From Eubacteriales bacterium (lineage in GTDB: Bacteria; Bacillota; Clostridia; Oscillospirales; CAG-272), in NCBI GenBank assembly GCA_045656765.1, contig JAZORU010000016.1, forward strand, positions 52,411-116,410: 64,000 bases of DNA. Direction: 5' to 3'. Both the position numbers and the translations under genes were made by a program. Below are positions 48,410 through 57,745 of the stretch, piece after piece (within the stretch, counting starts at the first letter, position 1; each line of letters begins with the position of its first letter). Under the pieces are notes generated by a model, which did not search any database, had not been told where the DNA came from, and saw nothing but the letters and a program-made list of their open reading frames with translations.

Positions 48410-48604
48410 ATGGCAAAGATCAAGACACATAAGGCTTCCGCAAAAAGATTTTCCGTAACGGGAAGCGGCAAGATTAAGCATGCACCCTCACAGCACCGTC
48501 ATAAGCTCGGTATCAAGACCCAGAAGCGTAAGAGAAATATGCGTAAGGCTAGCTACCTCAGCACATCAATGGCACCCACAATCAAGTCTCTTATCAGTAA
48601 ATAA
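48410..48604 (+). CDS. rpmI: 50S ribosomal protein L35
   Basis: MAKIKTHKASAKRFSVTGSGKIKH...; 64 aa. Confidence 0.95.
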   Translation: MAKIKTHKASAKRFSVTGSGKIKHAPSQHRHKLGIKTQKRKRNMRKASYLSTSMAPTIKSLISK

Positions 48605-48646
48605 GCGGCTATACCGATACTTTAGAAAAACGGAGGATAAAATACA

Positions 48647-49003
48647 ATGGCAAGAGTTAAAGGCGCAATGATGACGCGCAAGAGAAGAAATAGAGTTCTT
48701 AAGGCAGCAAAGGGCTACTGGGGTGCAAAATCCAAGCACTTCAAGATGGCTAAGCAAGCCGTTCTCAAGAGCGGTAACTATGCTTTCGCCGGCAGAAAGA
48801 TGAAGAAGCGTGAGTTCAGACAGCTCTGGATCACAAGAATTTCCGCACAGGCAAAGGTTAACGGTATGAACTACTCTACCTTTATGAACGGCCTTAAAAA
48901 AGCAGGAATTACGCTTAATAGAAAAATGCTCGCTGAGATAGCTGTTTCCGATAAGGAAGCATTCGCAGTACTTTGCGAAAAGGCTAAGGCGGCACAGAAC
49001 TAA
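48647..49003 (+). CDS. rplT: 50S ribosomal protein L20
   Basis: [29 protein letters not shown]...QLWITRI. Confidence 0.96.
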   Translation: MARVKGAMMTRKRRNRVLKAAKGYWGAKSKHFKMAKQAVLKSGNYAFAGRKMKKREFRQLWITRISAQAKVNGMNYSTFMNGLKKAGITLNRKMLAEIAVSDKEAFAVLCEKAKAAQN

Positions 49004-49009
49004 AACGAA

Positions 49010-49056
49010 AAGGGCAGTGATACGCACGTATCACGCGCCCTTTCCTTTTGTTTTTT
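49010..49056 (+). terminator. intrinsic terminator after rplT
   Basis: AAGGGC-A-GTGATAC-GCAC-GTATCAC-GC-GCCCTT followed by TCCTTTTGTTTTTT. Confidence 0.85.
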
Positions 49057-49068
49057 CGGAGAAAAACA

Positions 49069-49893
49069 GTGAAGATAAAAGAGTCTGTTATTACGAGCCG
49101 TACCAACCCTCTCGTGTGTGATATTGCATCTCTTTTGAAGAAAAAAGAGAGAGATGCGAGAGGACTTTTTATATGCGACGGCAGGAAGCTTTCCTTTGAA
49201 TATATAAAAGCCTGCGGAGCCCCACTACACCTTTTTGTTTGCGAAAAGGGAAAGGACGAGAGCCTTGCTTTTATATCAGAGCTCGAAAAAGAGATAGGGG
49301 AAGAGCTTGAAATAACCATTGTTGGAGAGAGTGCTTTTTCAAAAATGACCGAGCAAAAAGCGCCCGACGGCATACTTTGCGTGGGCGAGAAAGAAAGACT
49401 TCCGCACGTGTTTTGCGATGTTGCAGATGCTCGCGAAATGGACGGAGAGCGCGTGATAATGCTTTCCTCTTTGCAGGATGCAGGAAACGTGGGAACGATA
49501 ATAAGAACGGCGCTTGCACTTGGCTACGACAGGGTGATTTTATCATCCGACTGTGCCGATATATACAGTCCAAAAGCCTTGAGAGCCGCTATGGGAGCCA
49601 CTTTCTCGATAAATCTGACCGTATGCTCGGATATGGCGGTTAGCGTATACAGCCTGAAAGACGCAAGGCGTGTTTTGGCGGGAGAGCTGAGAGAAGGAGC
49701 TGTGTCTCTTGACTCGCTTGCACTTTCCGACAGTGATGTATTTATCGTAGGAAACGAAGGTCACGGCATCAGCACCGATATATCGAGCGCTTGTACTAAA
49801 AGCGTTTATATACCGATATCCGAGCGCTCGGAGTCGCTTAACGCCGCGGCAGCCGCAGTTATATTTATGTGGCATCAGCGTAATTCAAAATAA
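49069..49893 (+). CDS. TrmH/SpoU family RNA 2'-O-methyltransferase
   Basis: C-terminal SPOUT motifs GNEGHGIS and IPISERSESLNAAAAAVIFMW. GTG 49069 (GGAG RBS) is the likely start. The TTG 49048 start lies inside the terminator T-tract. Confidence 0.85.
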   Translation: MKIKESVITSRTNPLVCDIASLLKKKERDARGLFICDGRKLSFEYIKACGAPLHLFVCEKGKDESLAFISELEKEIGEELEITIVGESAFSKMTEQKAPDGILCVGEKERLPHVFCDVADAREMDGERVIMLSSLQDAGNVGTIIRTALALGYDRVILSSDCADIYSPKALRAAMGATFSINLTVCSDMAVSVYSLKDARRVLAGELREGAVSLDSLALSDSDVFIVGNEGHGISTDISSACTKSVYIPISERSESLNAAAAAVIFMWHQRNSK

Positions 49894-49924
49894 ACGTAAT
49901 ACCCGATAGTCCGGGGGTATCTCA

Positions 49925-51232
49925 ATGATTAAAAAAGAAGACTACACCATCTATTATATATGGCTCAGCGAAGCGGTGGGGCGCTCGTACAAAGCGTACA
50001 GAGAGCTTGTATCCGCATTTGGAAACGTATACGATATATACAGGGCGGATGCCGAGGAGTATATGCACCTCTCGGCTAACGTCAGACGCCATATCGAAGG
50101 ACTGTGTGACAAAAGCATAGGTAAGGCGGTGTCCGTATCGGATTTTTGCCGAGGACACGGAATACACATAATAACGTATGAAAGCGACGAATATCCGTCG
50201 CTGCTTAAAAATATCGAATCCCCGCCGCTTGTTTTGTACGTGCGCGGAAGGCTTCCCGATTTCGACGGCAGGCTTCATATTTCCGCCGTTGGAACGAGGC
50301 GTATGACCGAGTACGGCAAGGAGATAGCGTATAATTTTGGCTATTCGCTTGCGAAGAACGGCGCGGTGCTTGTAAGCGGTATGGCTCTCGGCTGTGATGC
50401 TGCGGCTATGTGCGGAGCGCTTGACGCGGGCGGGATAACCATAGGAGTTCTCGGTTGCGGAGTCGATATAGCATATCCGCCTGAGCACGCGTATTTTATG
50501 CGCCACGTCGAGAGACACGGGGCGCTTATAAGCGAATATCCTCCGGGCACACGGGCAGAGCCGTCGCATTTTCCGGAGAGGAACAGAATCATCTCTGGGA
50601 TTTCAAGGGCTTTGTTAGTCGTTGAGGGTGATATAAAAAGCGGCGCAATGATCAGCGCAAGGCATGCAATATCGCAGGGAAGGGCGGTCTTTGCCGTTCC
50701 CGGAAGACTTGGAGAAAAGTCGAGTGAGGGGGCGGTGTCGCTTCTCTCGGACGGCGCACGCTTGGCACGCGAGGCAACAGACGTTTTGCGTGAATACGCG
50801 CTTCTATACAGAGGCAAAATAGATTTAAAAAGCTATGATGCTCTTTCTTCCGAGCAGATAGACGCTCGCCTTTATGCGCGCGGAGTGAGCAAAAGCAGAG
50901 GCTTGAGAAAAGCACCAAAGACAGAAAGCAAGCCTGTAAAAGAGAATGTAACAGATGAGCAGCCGAGTCGAAAAAGCGGCGGTATGTTTGCTTCATTTGT
51001 GAAGATAAAGGACAATAAGAATAAAAAAGAAGCGGAGTCGGGCAAGGATACGTCAATGCTTTCGGCTGAGCTTCGCACAATTTATGAAAAATTGCCAAAG
51101 GGAGAAATGTTTGCTTCCGACGACGTAGCAAAATACGGCATCTCTGCTCGCGATTTTATGGCGGGCGTTACGATGCTTGAGATCTACGGTCTTGCAGTTT
51201 CGTATCCCGGTGGCAGATATATACTTAAATAA
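49925..51232 (+). CDS. dprA: DNA processing protein DprA (Smf)
   Basis: ISAVGTRRMTEYG...LVSGMALGCDAAAMCGALDAGG.TIGVLGCGVDIAYPPEH, PERNRIISG. C-terminal winged-helix-like tail. Confidence 0.92.
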   Translation: MIKKEDYTIYYIWLSEAVGRSYKAYRELVSAFGNVYDIYRADAEEYMHLSANVRRHIEGLCDKSIGKAVSVSDFCRGHGIHIITYESDEYPSLLKNIESPPLVLYVRGRLPDFDGRLHISAVGTRRMTEYGKEIAYNFGYSLAKNGAVLVSGMALGCDAAAMCGALDAGGITIGVLGCGVDIAYPPEHAYFMRHVERHGALISEYPPGTRAEPSHFPERNRIISGISRALLVVEGDIKSGAMISARHAISQGRAVFAVPGRLGEKSSEGAVSLLSDGARLAREATDVLREYALLYRGKIDLKSYDALSSEQIDARLYARGVSKSRGLRKAPKTESKPVKENVTDEQPSRKSGGMFASFVKIKDNKNKKEAESGKDTSMLSAELRTIYEKLPKGEMFASDDVAKYGISARDFMAGVTMLEIYGLAVSYPGGRYILK

Positions 51233-51269
51233 AACAAAGGGAGGAAAGTCCGCGAGGACGTATATAAAT

Positions 51270-53540
51270 ATGGCAAATTTGGTTATTGTTGAGTCACCTG
51301 CAAAGGCGACTACGATAAAAGGTTACCTTGGCTCGAACTACAAGGTAATCGCGTCAAAGGGACACGTAAGAGACCTGCCCAAGAGCACTCTCGGCGTTGA
51401 TATTGAGGACGGCTTTTGCGCTCACTATATAAATATAAGAGGCAAGGGAGACCTTATAAAAACTCTTAAAAAGGAAGCTAAGAGCGCAAATAAGATATTC
51501 CTCGCAACCGACCCTGACCGTGAGGGAGAAGCAATTTCCTGGCATCTTATGTCGGCTCTCGGAATTCCCGAGGATAAGGCTTGCCGTATCAGCTTTAACG
51601 AGGTTACAAAAAGTGCTGTTAAGGATGCGGTAAAGAACCCCCGTAAGATAGATATAGACCTTGTAAACAGCCAGCAGGCGAGAAGAATACTCGACAGAAT
51701 AGTAGGCTACAAGCTCAGTCCGTTTCTTTGGAAAAGCGTTAAGAGCGGACTTAGCGCAGGACGCGTTCAAAGCGTAGCTACAAAGATAATAGTAGACCGC
51801 GAGCGCGAGATTTCCGATTTCGTTGCCGAGGAGTATTGGACGGTTGATGCAACCCTTCAGAACAAGGACGGCGTATGCTTTGAGGCTCGCTACTTCGGTG
51901 AGGGTGCAAAGAAGAAAAAGATAACGAGCGGCGCTGACGCAGAGAGCATTAAGGCTGACTGTGAGGGACGAAGCTTTGTTACGTCTAATATCAAAAAGAG
52001 CAAAAAGAACAAAATGCCTGCACCCCCGTTTACTACTTCTACCTTGCTTCAGGAAGCGTCGAGAAAGCTCGGATTTCAGTCGGCCCGTATCATGAAGGTC
52101 GCACAGGAACTTTACGAAGGTATCAATCTCGGCTCTCAGATGGGCGGAGTTCACGGTCTTATCACGTATATGCGTACTGATTCGCTCAGAATCTCGACCG
52201 AGGCACAGACGGCGGCACTCGGCTATATAAACGACAAGTTTGGGGCAAAATACGCACCCGTAAAGCCTAACGTATATAAGACTAAGGACGCATCGGCTCA
52301 GGATGCACACGAGGCTATCCGTCCCTCTGACGTGACTATCGAGCCTATGATGATAAAGAAGCTGCTTTCAAGCGACCAGTTCAAGCTCTATCAGCTTATA
52401 TGGGAAAGATTTGTGGCAAGCCAGATGGCTTCTGCCGTTCTCAATACCGTCAGCGCAGATTTTGTATGCGGCAAGCATACCTTCCGCGCGACAGGCTCTA
52501 CGGTTGAATTCCAGGGATATATGGCTCTTTATGAGGAAGGCGCGGATGATACTGTGAAAAATGCTTTCCAGCAGGAGGTAGAGACACTTTTGCCGCCTCT
52601 TTCGGACGGCGAGCAGGTAAGCGCCTCAAAGCTTGGAGCAAACCAGCATTTCACCGAGCCCCCCTCTCGCTTCAACGAGGCTTCCTTTATCAAATTTTTA
52701 AAGGAAAAGGGAATAGGCAGACCGAGTACCTATACGCCTATTATAACCACCATCATAGCAAGAGGCTACGTTGCCCGCGAAGGAAAATCACTTCGCCCGA
52801 CGTCTCTCGGCGAGGTAACGACAAAGCTCATGAACGAGTATTTCCCCGATATCGTAAACTACGAGTTTACCGCAAATATGGAGGATAAGCTTGACGGAAT
52901 CGAGCATGGCGGATACAGTATGCAGAGCGTTCTCGGAGATTTCTACACCAACTTCGAGCGTGAGCTTGATGCGGCAAGCGAGAAGGTAGAAAAGGAAAAT
53001 ATCGAGCTTCCGAGTGAGCAGACGGATATTATCTGTGATAAGTGCGGAAGCGTTATGATAGTCAAAAACGGACGCTACGGCAAATTTGCCGCTTGCCCGA
53101 ACTATCCCGAATGTAAGAATACAAAGCCGATAGGTCGTGACGGCAAGGCGGTTGAGAAGGAAGAAAAGCCTGTTGTTGTAGCAGATTTCAAGTGCGACAT
53201 ATGCGGTGCCGATATGGTTGTCAGAAGCGGAAAATTCGGCAGCTTCTACGCTTGTGCAAACTATCCCAAGTGCAGAAATACAAAGCAGATAACAAAAGAT
53301 ACGGGTGTTGCCTGCCCCGAGTGCGGAGCAAAGATAGTAACCAAGCACGGCAGAAACAAGAGCGTATTTTATTCCTGCGAGAGATACCCGGAGTGCAATT
53401 TCTCATCCTGGGACGCACCTACGGCAGAGAAGTGCGAGAAGTGCGGCGGTATGCTTTTTGTGAAGAAAGGCAAAAATCAGCTTGTATGTCATAACAAGGA
53501 TTGCGGCTTTAAAAAGGATCAGGAAATAAAGAGCAACTAA
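51270..53540 (+). CDS. topA: DNA topoisomerase I (type IA) with C-terminal zinc-ribbon repeats
   Basis: MANLVIVESPAKATTIKGYLG, TOPRIM DPDREGEAISWH, active site YMRTDS, four C-x2-C...C-x2-C fingers. ATG 51270 is preferred over the overlapping 51177. Confidence 0.96.
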   Translation: MANLVIVESPAKATTIKGYLGSNYKVIASKGHVRDLPKSTLGVDIEDGFCAHYINIRGKGDLIKTLKKEAKSANKIFLATDPDREGEAISWHLMSALGIPEDKACRISFNEVTKSAVKDAVKNPRKIDIDLVNSQQARRILDRIVGYKLSPFLWKSVKSGLSAGRVQSVATKIIVDREREISDFVAEEYWTVDATLQNKDGVCFEARYFGEGAKKKKITSGADAESIKADCEGRSFVTSNIKKSKKNKMPAPPFTTSTLLQEASRKLGFQSARIMKVAQELYEGINLGSQMGGVHGLITYMRTDSLRISTEAQTAALGYINDKFGAKYAPVKPNVYKTKDASAQDAHEAIRPSDVTIEPMMIKKLLSSDQFKLYQLIWERFVASQMASAVLNTVSADFVCGKHTFRATGSTVEFQGYMALYEEGADDTVKNAFQQEVETLLPPLSDGEQVSASKLGANQHFTEPPSRFNEASFIKFLKEKGIGRPSTYTPIITTIIARGYVAREGKSLRPTSLGEVTTKLMNEYFPDIVNYEFTANMEDKLDGIEHGGYSMQSVLGDFYTNFERELDAASEKVEKENIELPSEQTDIICDKCGSVMIVKNGRYGKFAACPNYPECKNTKPIGRDGKAVEKEEKPVVVADFKCDICGADMVVRSGKFGSFYACANYPKCRNTKQITKDTGVACPECGAKIVTKHGRNKSVFYSCERYPECNFSSWDAPTAEKCEKCGGMLFVKKGKNQLVCHNKDCGFKKDQEIKSN

Positions 53541-53556
53541 TAGAAAGATTTTTAGT

Positions 53557-54918
53557 ATGAAGAGAACAATAAACGTAATCGGCGCGGGTCTTGCGGGCTG
53601 TGAAGCGGCATGGCAGGCGGCGGAGCTTGGATGTCAGGTTCGTCTTTACGAGATGAAGCCCAAAAAGAAAACGCCTGCTCACGTATCCGACACGTATGCA
53701 GAGCTTGTGTGCTCAAACTCGCTTCGCTCGGACCAGCTTTCAAATGCCGTAGGGCTTTTGAAGGAAGAGATGCACCGTCTCGGTTCTTTGATAATGGAAG
53801 CGGCATATTCAAACAGAGTTGCCGCAGGTGCAGCACTTGCGGTCGACCGAGAGGGTTTTTCATGCTATATAACCGAGAAGATAAACACGCATAAAAATAT
53901 TACGGTCATAAACGAGGAAATAACCGACATTCCCAAGGACGAGATTTGTATAGTTGCGACGGGACCTCTTACCTCGGACAAAATGGCAGAGCGTATAGCG
54001 GAGCTTTTTGGCGGTGGACTTCACTTTTTTGATGCAGCGGCACCTATCGTGGAGTACTCAAGCATTGACATGAACCGTGCGTTTTTTGCTTCGCGTTACG
54101 GCAAGGGAGACCCAGACTATATAAACTGCCCGATGAACGAAGATGAATATAACGCTTTTTACGATGCACTCGTAAGCGCAAGAGAGGCTGAGCTTCACGA
54201 TTTTGACCGTGAGGCGCAAAAGGAGCTTACAGTGTTTGAGGGCTGTATGCCCGTCGAGGTTATGGCTCGCAGAGGCAAGGACACGCTTCGATTTGGTCCT
54301 ATGAAGCCTGTCGGTCTTAATCACCCCGTCACAGATGAGGAATATTACGCTGTAGTTCAGCTTCGCCGTGACAACCGAGAGGGAAGCATGTATAATATCG
54401 TAGGCTTCCAGACGCATCTCGCTATCCCCGAGCAGAAGCGTGTGTTTAGAATGATTCCGGGACTTGAGAACGCTGAGTTTTTACGCTTTGGCGTTATGCA
54501 TAGGAATACCTATATAAATTCTCCTGGAATACTAAGCGAGCGTTATTTCGTTCGCGAAACACCCGACCTTTACTTTGCGGGACAAATGACGGGAGTCGAA
54601 GGATATATAGAATCGGCTTCAAGCGGCTTTGTCGCGGGGATTTCTGCGGCAGAGCGTGCTCTCGGAATATGCGTTCCTTCTTTTGATGACAGGACGGCGA
54701 TAGGAGCGCTCGGTAAGTACGTAAGCGAAGGCGGCACGGGAGCATTCCTTCCGATGAACGTGAATTTTGGTATAATTGCACCGCCCGACAAAAAGATAAA
54801 AGGCGGCAAAAAGGTGAGAAACGAGGCTCTCAGTGCCCGTTCTCTTGAGATAATCGATAAAGCGGCGGCAGAGCTTTGTGCCCTGCGGCAGAGGGTTAAT
54901 AATGAGAATTGCGATTGA
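53557..54918 (+). CDS. trmFO: methylenetetrahydrofolate-tRNA-(uracil54-C5)-methyltransferase TrmFO (Gid)
   Basis: INVIGAGLAGCEAAWQAA FAD fold, ELVCSNSLRS, FAGQMTGVEGYIESA. Confidence 0.93.
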   Translation: MKRTINVIGAGLAGCEAAWQAAELGCQVRLYEMKPKKKTPAHVSDTYAELVCSNSLRSDQLSNAVGLLKEEMHRLGSLIMEAAYSNRVAAGAALAVDREGFSCYITEKINTHKNITVINEEITDIPKDEICIVATGPLTSDKMAERIAELFGGGLHFFDAAAPIVEYSSIDMNRAFFASRYGKGDPDYINCPMNEDEYNAFYDALVSAREAELHDFDREAQKELTVFEGCMPVEVMARRGKDTLRFGPMKPVGLNHPVTDEEYYAVVQLRRDNREGSMYNIVGFQTHLAIPEQKRVFRMIPGLENAEFLRFGVMHRNTYINSPGILSERYFVRETPDLYFAGQMTGVEGYIESASSGFVAGISAAERALGICVPSFDDRTAIGALGKYVSEGGTGAFLPMNVNFGIIAPPDKKIKGGKKVRNEALSARSLEIIDKAAAELCALRQRVNNENCD

Positions 54919-55945
54919 TGTAATGAGCGGGGATAACGCCCCGTTAGAGCTAATTAAGGGTGCAGTCGATGCATCCCGTGAGCTTGACTGCGATATAATT
55001 CTTTGCGGAGACGAGGGAATTATAAACTATGTAGCGTTTCAAAACGACATTAGCTTAACAGGTATCAGTATAAAGCATGCACCGCAGGTAATAGTAATGG
55101 AGGATGCTCCTCTTTGTGTAATGAAGGAGAAAAGGGACTCTTCTATGGCGGCGGGACTTGATATGCTTGCAGGCGGTGAGGCAGATGCTTTTATATCTGC
55201 GGGCAATACGGGTGCTCTCCTTGCGGGAGCTACGCTTATCGTCAGACGTATAAAGGGAATCAAACGCGCGGCAATAGCTACCGTGCTTCCTTTTGAGACG
55301 CCCGTGCTTTTGCTTGACTCGGGCGCTAACGTTGAGGTATCGGCAAAGGATCTTGTGCAGTTCGGCGTTATGGGTTCGGTATACGCGCAGAGAGTATTTT
55401 CAAAGGATGATATTCGCGTAGGGCTTCTTAATAACGGAACCGAATATAACAAGGGAACGCCTCTTACGAAGGAAGCGTATTCCTTGCTTTCAGAGTGCGG
55501 TTCGATAAATTTCGTCGGAAATATAGAGGCTAGAACCATTCCCTTTGACAGCTGTGACGTGCTTGTATGCGACGGCTTTTCAGGTAACGTCGTGCTTAAA
55601 TTTGCTGAGGGTATGGGCACCCTTATGATAAAGACGATGAAGGATATGTTTACGAAAAACTCTGTGACAAAGCTTAGCGCCCTCGTTATGAAGGAGCAGC
55701 TGAAAGCGGTCAAGAAGACCTTCAATGCAGATGAGTACGGCGGAGCCCCCTTGCTTGGAATTTCAAAGCCGGTTATAAAAGCACACGGCTCGTCCGATGC
55801 CTTTGCTATCAAAAACGCGGTAAAGCAGGCGGTAAAATACGCGGGCAGCGGAGCTATCCGCGATATCGCGAGATATGTGAAGGAAGAAAACGAAAAAGCA
55901 GAGGCAGAAGCACAAAACGCGGTCGTCTGCGAGGATAAAAACTAA
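54902..55945 (+). CDS. plsX: phosphate acyltransferase PlsX
   Basis: MRIAIDVMSGDNAP..., ISAGNTGAL, KAHGSSD. ATG 54902 overlaps the trmFO end by 17 nt. Confidence 0.93.
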   Translation: MRIAIDVMSGDNAPLELIKGAVDASRELDCDIILCGDEGIINYVAFQNDISLTGISIKHAPQVIVMEDAPLCVMKEKRDSSMAAGLDMLAGGEADAFISAGNTGALLAGATLIVRRIKGIKRAAIATVLPFETPVLLLDSGANVEVSAKDLVQFGVMGSVYAQRVFSKDDIRVGLLNNGTEYNKGTPLTKEAYSLLSECGSINFVGNIEARTIPFDSCDVLVCDGFSGNVVLKFAEGMGTLMIKTMKDMFTKNSVTKLSALVMKEQLKAVKKTFNADEYGGAPLLGISKPVIKAHGSSDAFAIKNAVKQAVKYAGSGAIRDIARYVKEENEKAEAEAQNAVVCEDKN

Positions 55946-55952
55946 AAAAGAG

Positions 55953-56693
55953 GTGATGACAGTGAGTGAAAAATTCAATATTGCGGCAGAGGAGCTTGAA
56001 GGGAAAATAGGCTATCGCTTTTCTGACAGAGGCATTTTGCGCCTTGCCCTTACTCACTCGTCGTACGCAAATGAGATAAAGGCAAAAAATAAGCATGAGC
56101 TATGCAACGAGAGACTTGAATTTCTGGGAGACAGTATTCTTTCTCTCGTTACAAGCGAGTATATTTTCTCGGAGTATTCGTCACTTCCCGAGGGTGAGCT
56201 TACGAAGATAAGAGCAGACTCGGTGTGTGAGGAAGCTCTCTCGGAATACGCGGCGGATATTTCGCTCGGCTCGTATCTTTTTCTCGGCAGAGGAGAGGAG
56301 CTAAACGGCGGAAGACAGAGAAAAAGCATCTGCGCCGATGCTTTTGAGGCTCTTATTGCGGCAATATATACAGATTCAAAGCTGAAGGGAGAAGACCCGT
56401 TTGCTTGCGCTAAAAGATTTGTTTTGCCGTACGTAAAAGAGCATATAACCGCTCTTATAAAAAGAGGAGGCTCGGGAGATTACAAAACAAAGCTGCAGCA
56501 GATAGTGCAGCAGGTAAACGGTGAGCTTCTTGAATACGTGGTCGTATCCGAAACAGGTCCCGATCACAACAAGACCTTCGTTGTTGAGGCTCATCTTAAC
56601 AGCAACGTCATAGGACGCGGCAAGGGCAAGAACAAGCGCGAGGCGGAGCAGGCGGCGGCAAAGGAAGCGCTTTCGCTTTTTGGCGAGGCATAA
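55953..56693 (+). CDS. rnc: ribonuclease III
   Basis: ALTHSSYANE, NERLEFLGDSIL signature, C-terminal dsRBD (GPDHNKTF...GKGKNKREAEQAAA). The start is ambiguous (GTG 55953, ATG 55956 or GTG 55962). Confidence 0.93.
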   Translation: MMTVSEKFNIAAEELEGKIGYRFSDRGILRLALTHSSYANEIKAKNKHELCNERLEFLGDSILSLVTSEYIFSEYSSLPEGELTKIRADSVCEEALSEYAADISLGSYLFLGRGEELNGGRQRKSICADAFEALIAAIYTDSKLKGEDPFACAKRFVLPYVKEHITALIKRGGSGDYKTKLQQIVQQVNGELLEYVVVSETGPDHNKTFVVEAHLNSNVIGRGKGKNKREAEQAAAKEALSLFGEA

Positions 56694-56698
56694 AATTT

Positions 56699-57727
56699 AT
56701 GAAAAGAAAAAAGCATATAAATATTCCCGTTTTTATTCCTCATCTGGGCTGCCCGAATATGTGCGTTTTCTGCAATCAACGAACGATTTCAGGTAAAAAC
56801 GATTTTGAGGCAGAGTCTGTAATTTCGGATATAGAGGCGGTGCTTTCATGCATAGACAGAGAAAGCACCGACGTTGAGCTTGCCTTTTTCGGCGGCTCTT
56901 TTACGGGAATCGACAGAGAGCTTATGCTCACGCTTTTGAAAATAGGTAAAAGCTATCTTGAAAGCGGAAAAATTGACAGTATGCGCTGCTCTACACGTCC
57001 CGACTACATAGATGAAGAGATTCTCTCTATACTTAAAAAGTACGGAATGAGTACTGTTGAGCTCGGTATACAGAGCATGGATGACACCGTGCTCTCAGCG
57101 TGCCGACGGGGACATACGGCGCATCGAACAAGAGAAGCGTGTAAGGCAATCGTTGACGCGGGCTTTTCTCTCGTCGGTCAGATGATGATAGGGCTTCCCG
57201 CTTCCACACCCGAAAGCGAGTGTGAGTGCGCCCGCTTTATATGTGAGTGCGGTGCGGTTGGTGCAAGAGTATATCCGACCGTCGTTTTCTCGGGCACGGA
57301 GCTCGTGTGTATGACCGAGCAGGGAAAGTACACTCCGCTTGAGCTTGAGGATGCGGTCGAGCGAACGAAAAACGTGCTTGATATATTTGACCGAGCAGGT
57401 GTCAGCGTTATTCGCGTCGGACTTTGTGCAAGCGAAAATCTTACAAATTCCGAGCAGGTGTATGCGGGAGCTAACGACGTTGCTATAGGAGAGAGAGCGA
57501 TGAGTGCTCTTTTCCTTGACAGAATATGCAGTGAAATCGACGAAAAAGATGTAAATACAAACGGCAAAACCTGTGTTATCTCTGCACCTCTTGGATGCGT
57601 TTCTAAGGTTGTTGGGCAGAGAAAGAAGAATAAAGAGATTCTTTTGCAAAAATACGGTTTTAAGTCGGTTAAAATTCTTGAAAAAAGCGAACTTATAGGT
57701 TATAATATAAGAATAGATATAATATAG
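56699..57727 (+). CDS. radical SAM protein (ELP3-like catalytic domain only)
   Basis: CX3CX2C cluster motif HLGCPNMCVFCNQ near the N-terminus; 342 aa; starts 6 nt after rnc. Confidence 0.85.
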   Translation: MKRKKHINIPVFIPHLGCPNMCVFCNQRTISGKNDFEAESVISDIEAVLSCIDRESTDVELAFFGGSFTGIDRELMLTLLKIGKSYLESGKIDSMRCSTRPDYIDEEILSILKKYGMSTVELGIQSMDDTVLSACRRGHTAHRTREACKAIVDAGFSLVGQMMIGLPASTPESECECARFICECGAVGARVYPTVVFSGTELVCMTEQGKYTPLELEDAVERTKNVLDIFDRAGVSVIRVGLCASENLTNSEQVYAGANDVAIGERAMSALFLDRICSEIDEKDVNTNGKTCVISAPLGCVSKVVGQRKKNKEILLQKYGFKSVKILEKSELIGYNIRIDII

Positions 57728-57745
57728 GATACGGAGGAGAGAGGA

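Noticed and set aside
51177-51269. N-terminally extended ORF-track starts: topA 51177, thrC 30185, apgM 35068, lon 47314, tig 27785, rplS 36976, SGNH 36178, plsX 54878
   Set aside because: In each case an internal ATG or GTG with a properly spaced Shine-Dalgarno matches the conserved N-terminus of the family. The extensions overlap upstream genes or regulatory hairpins.
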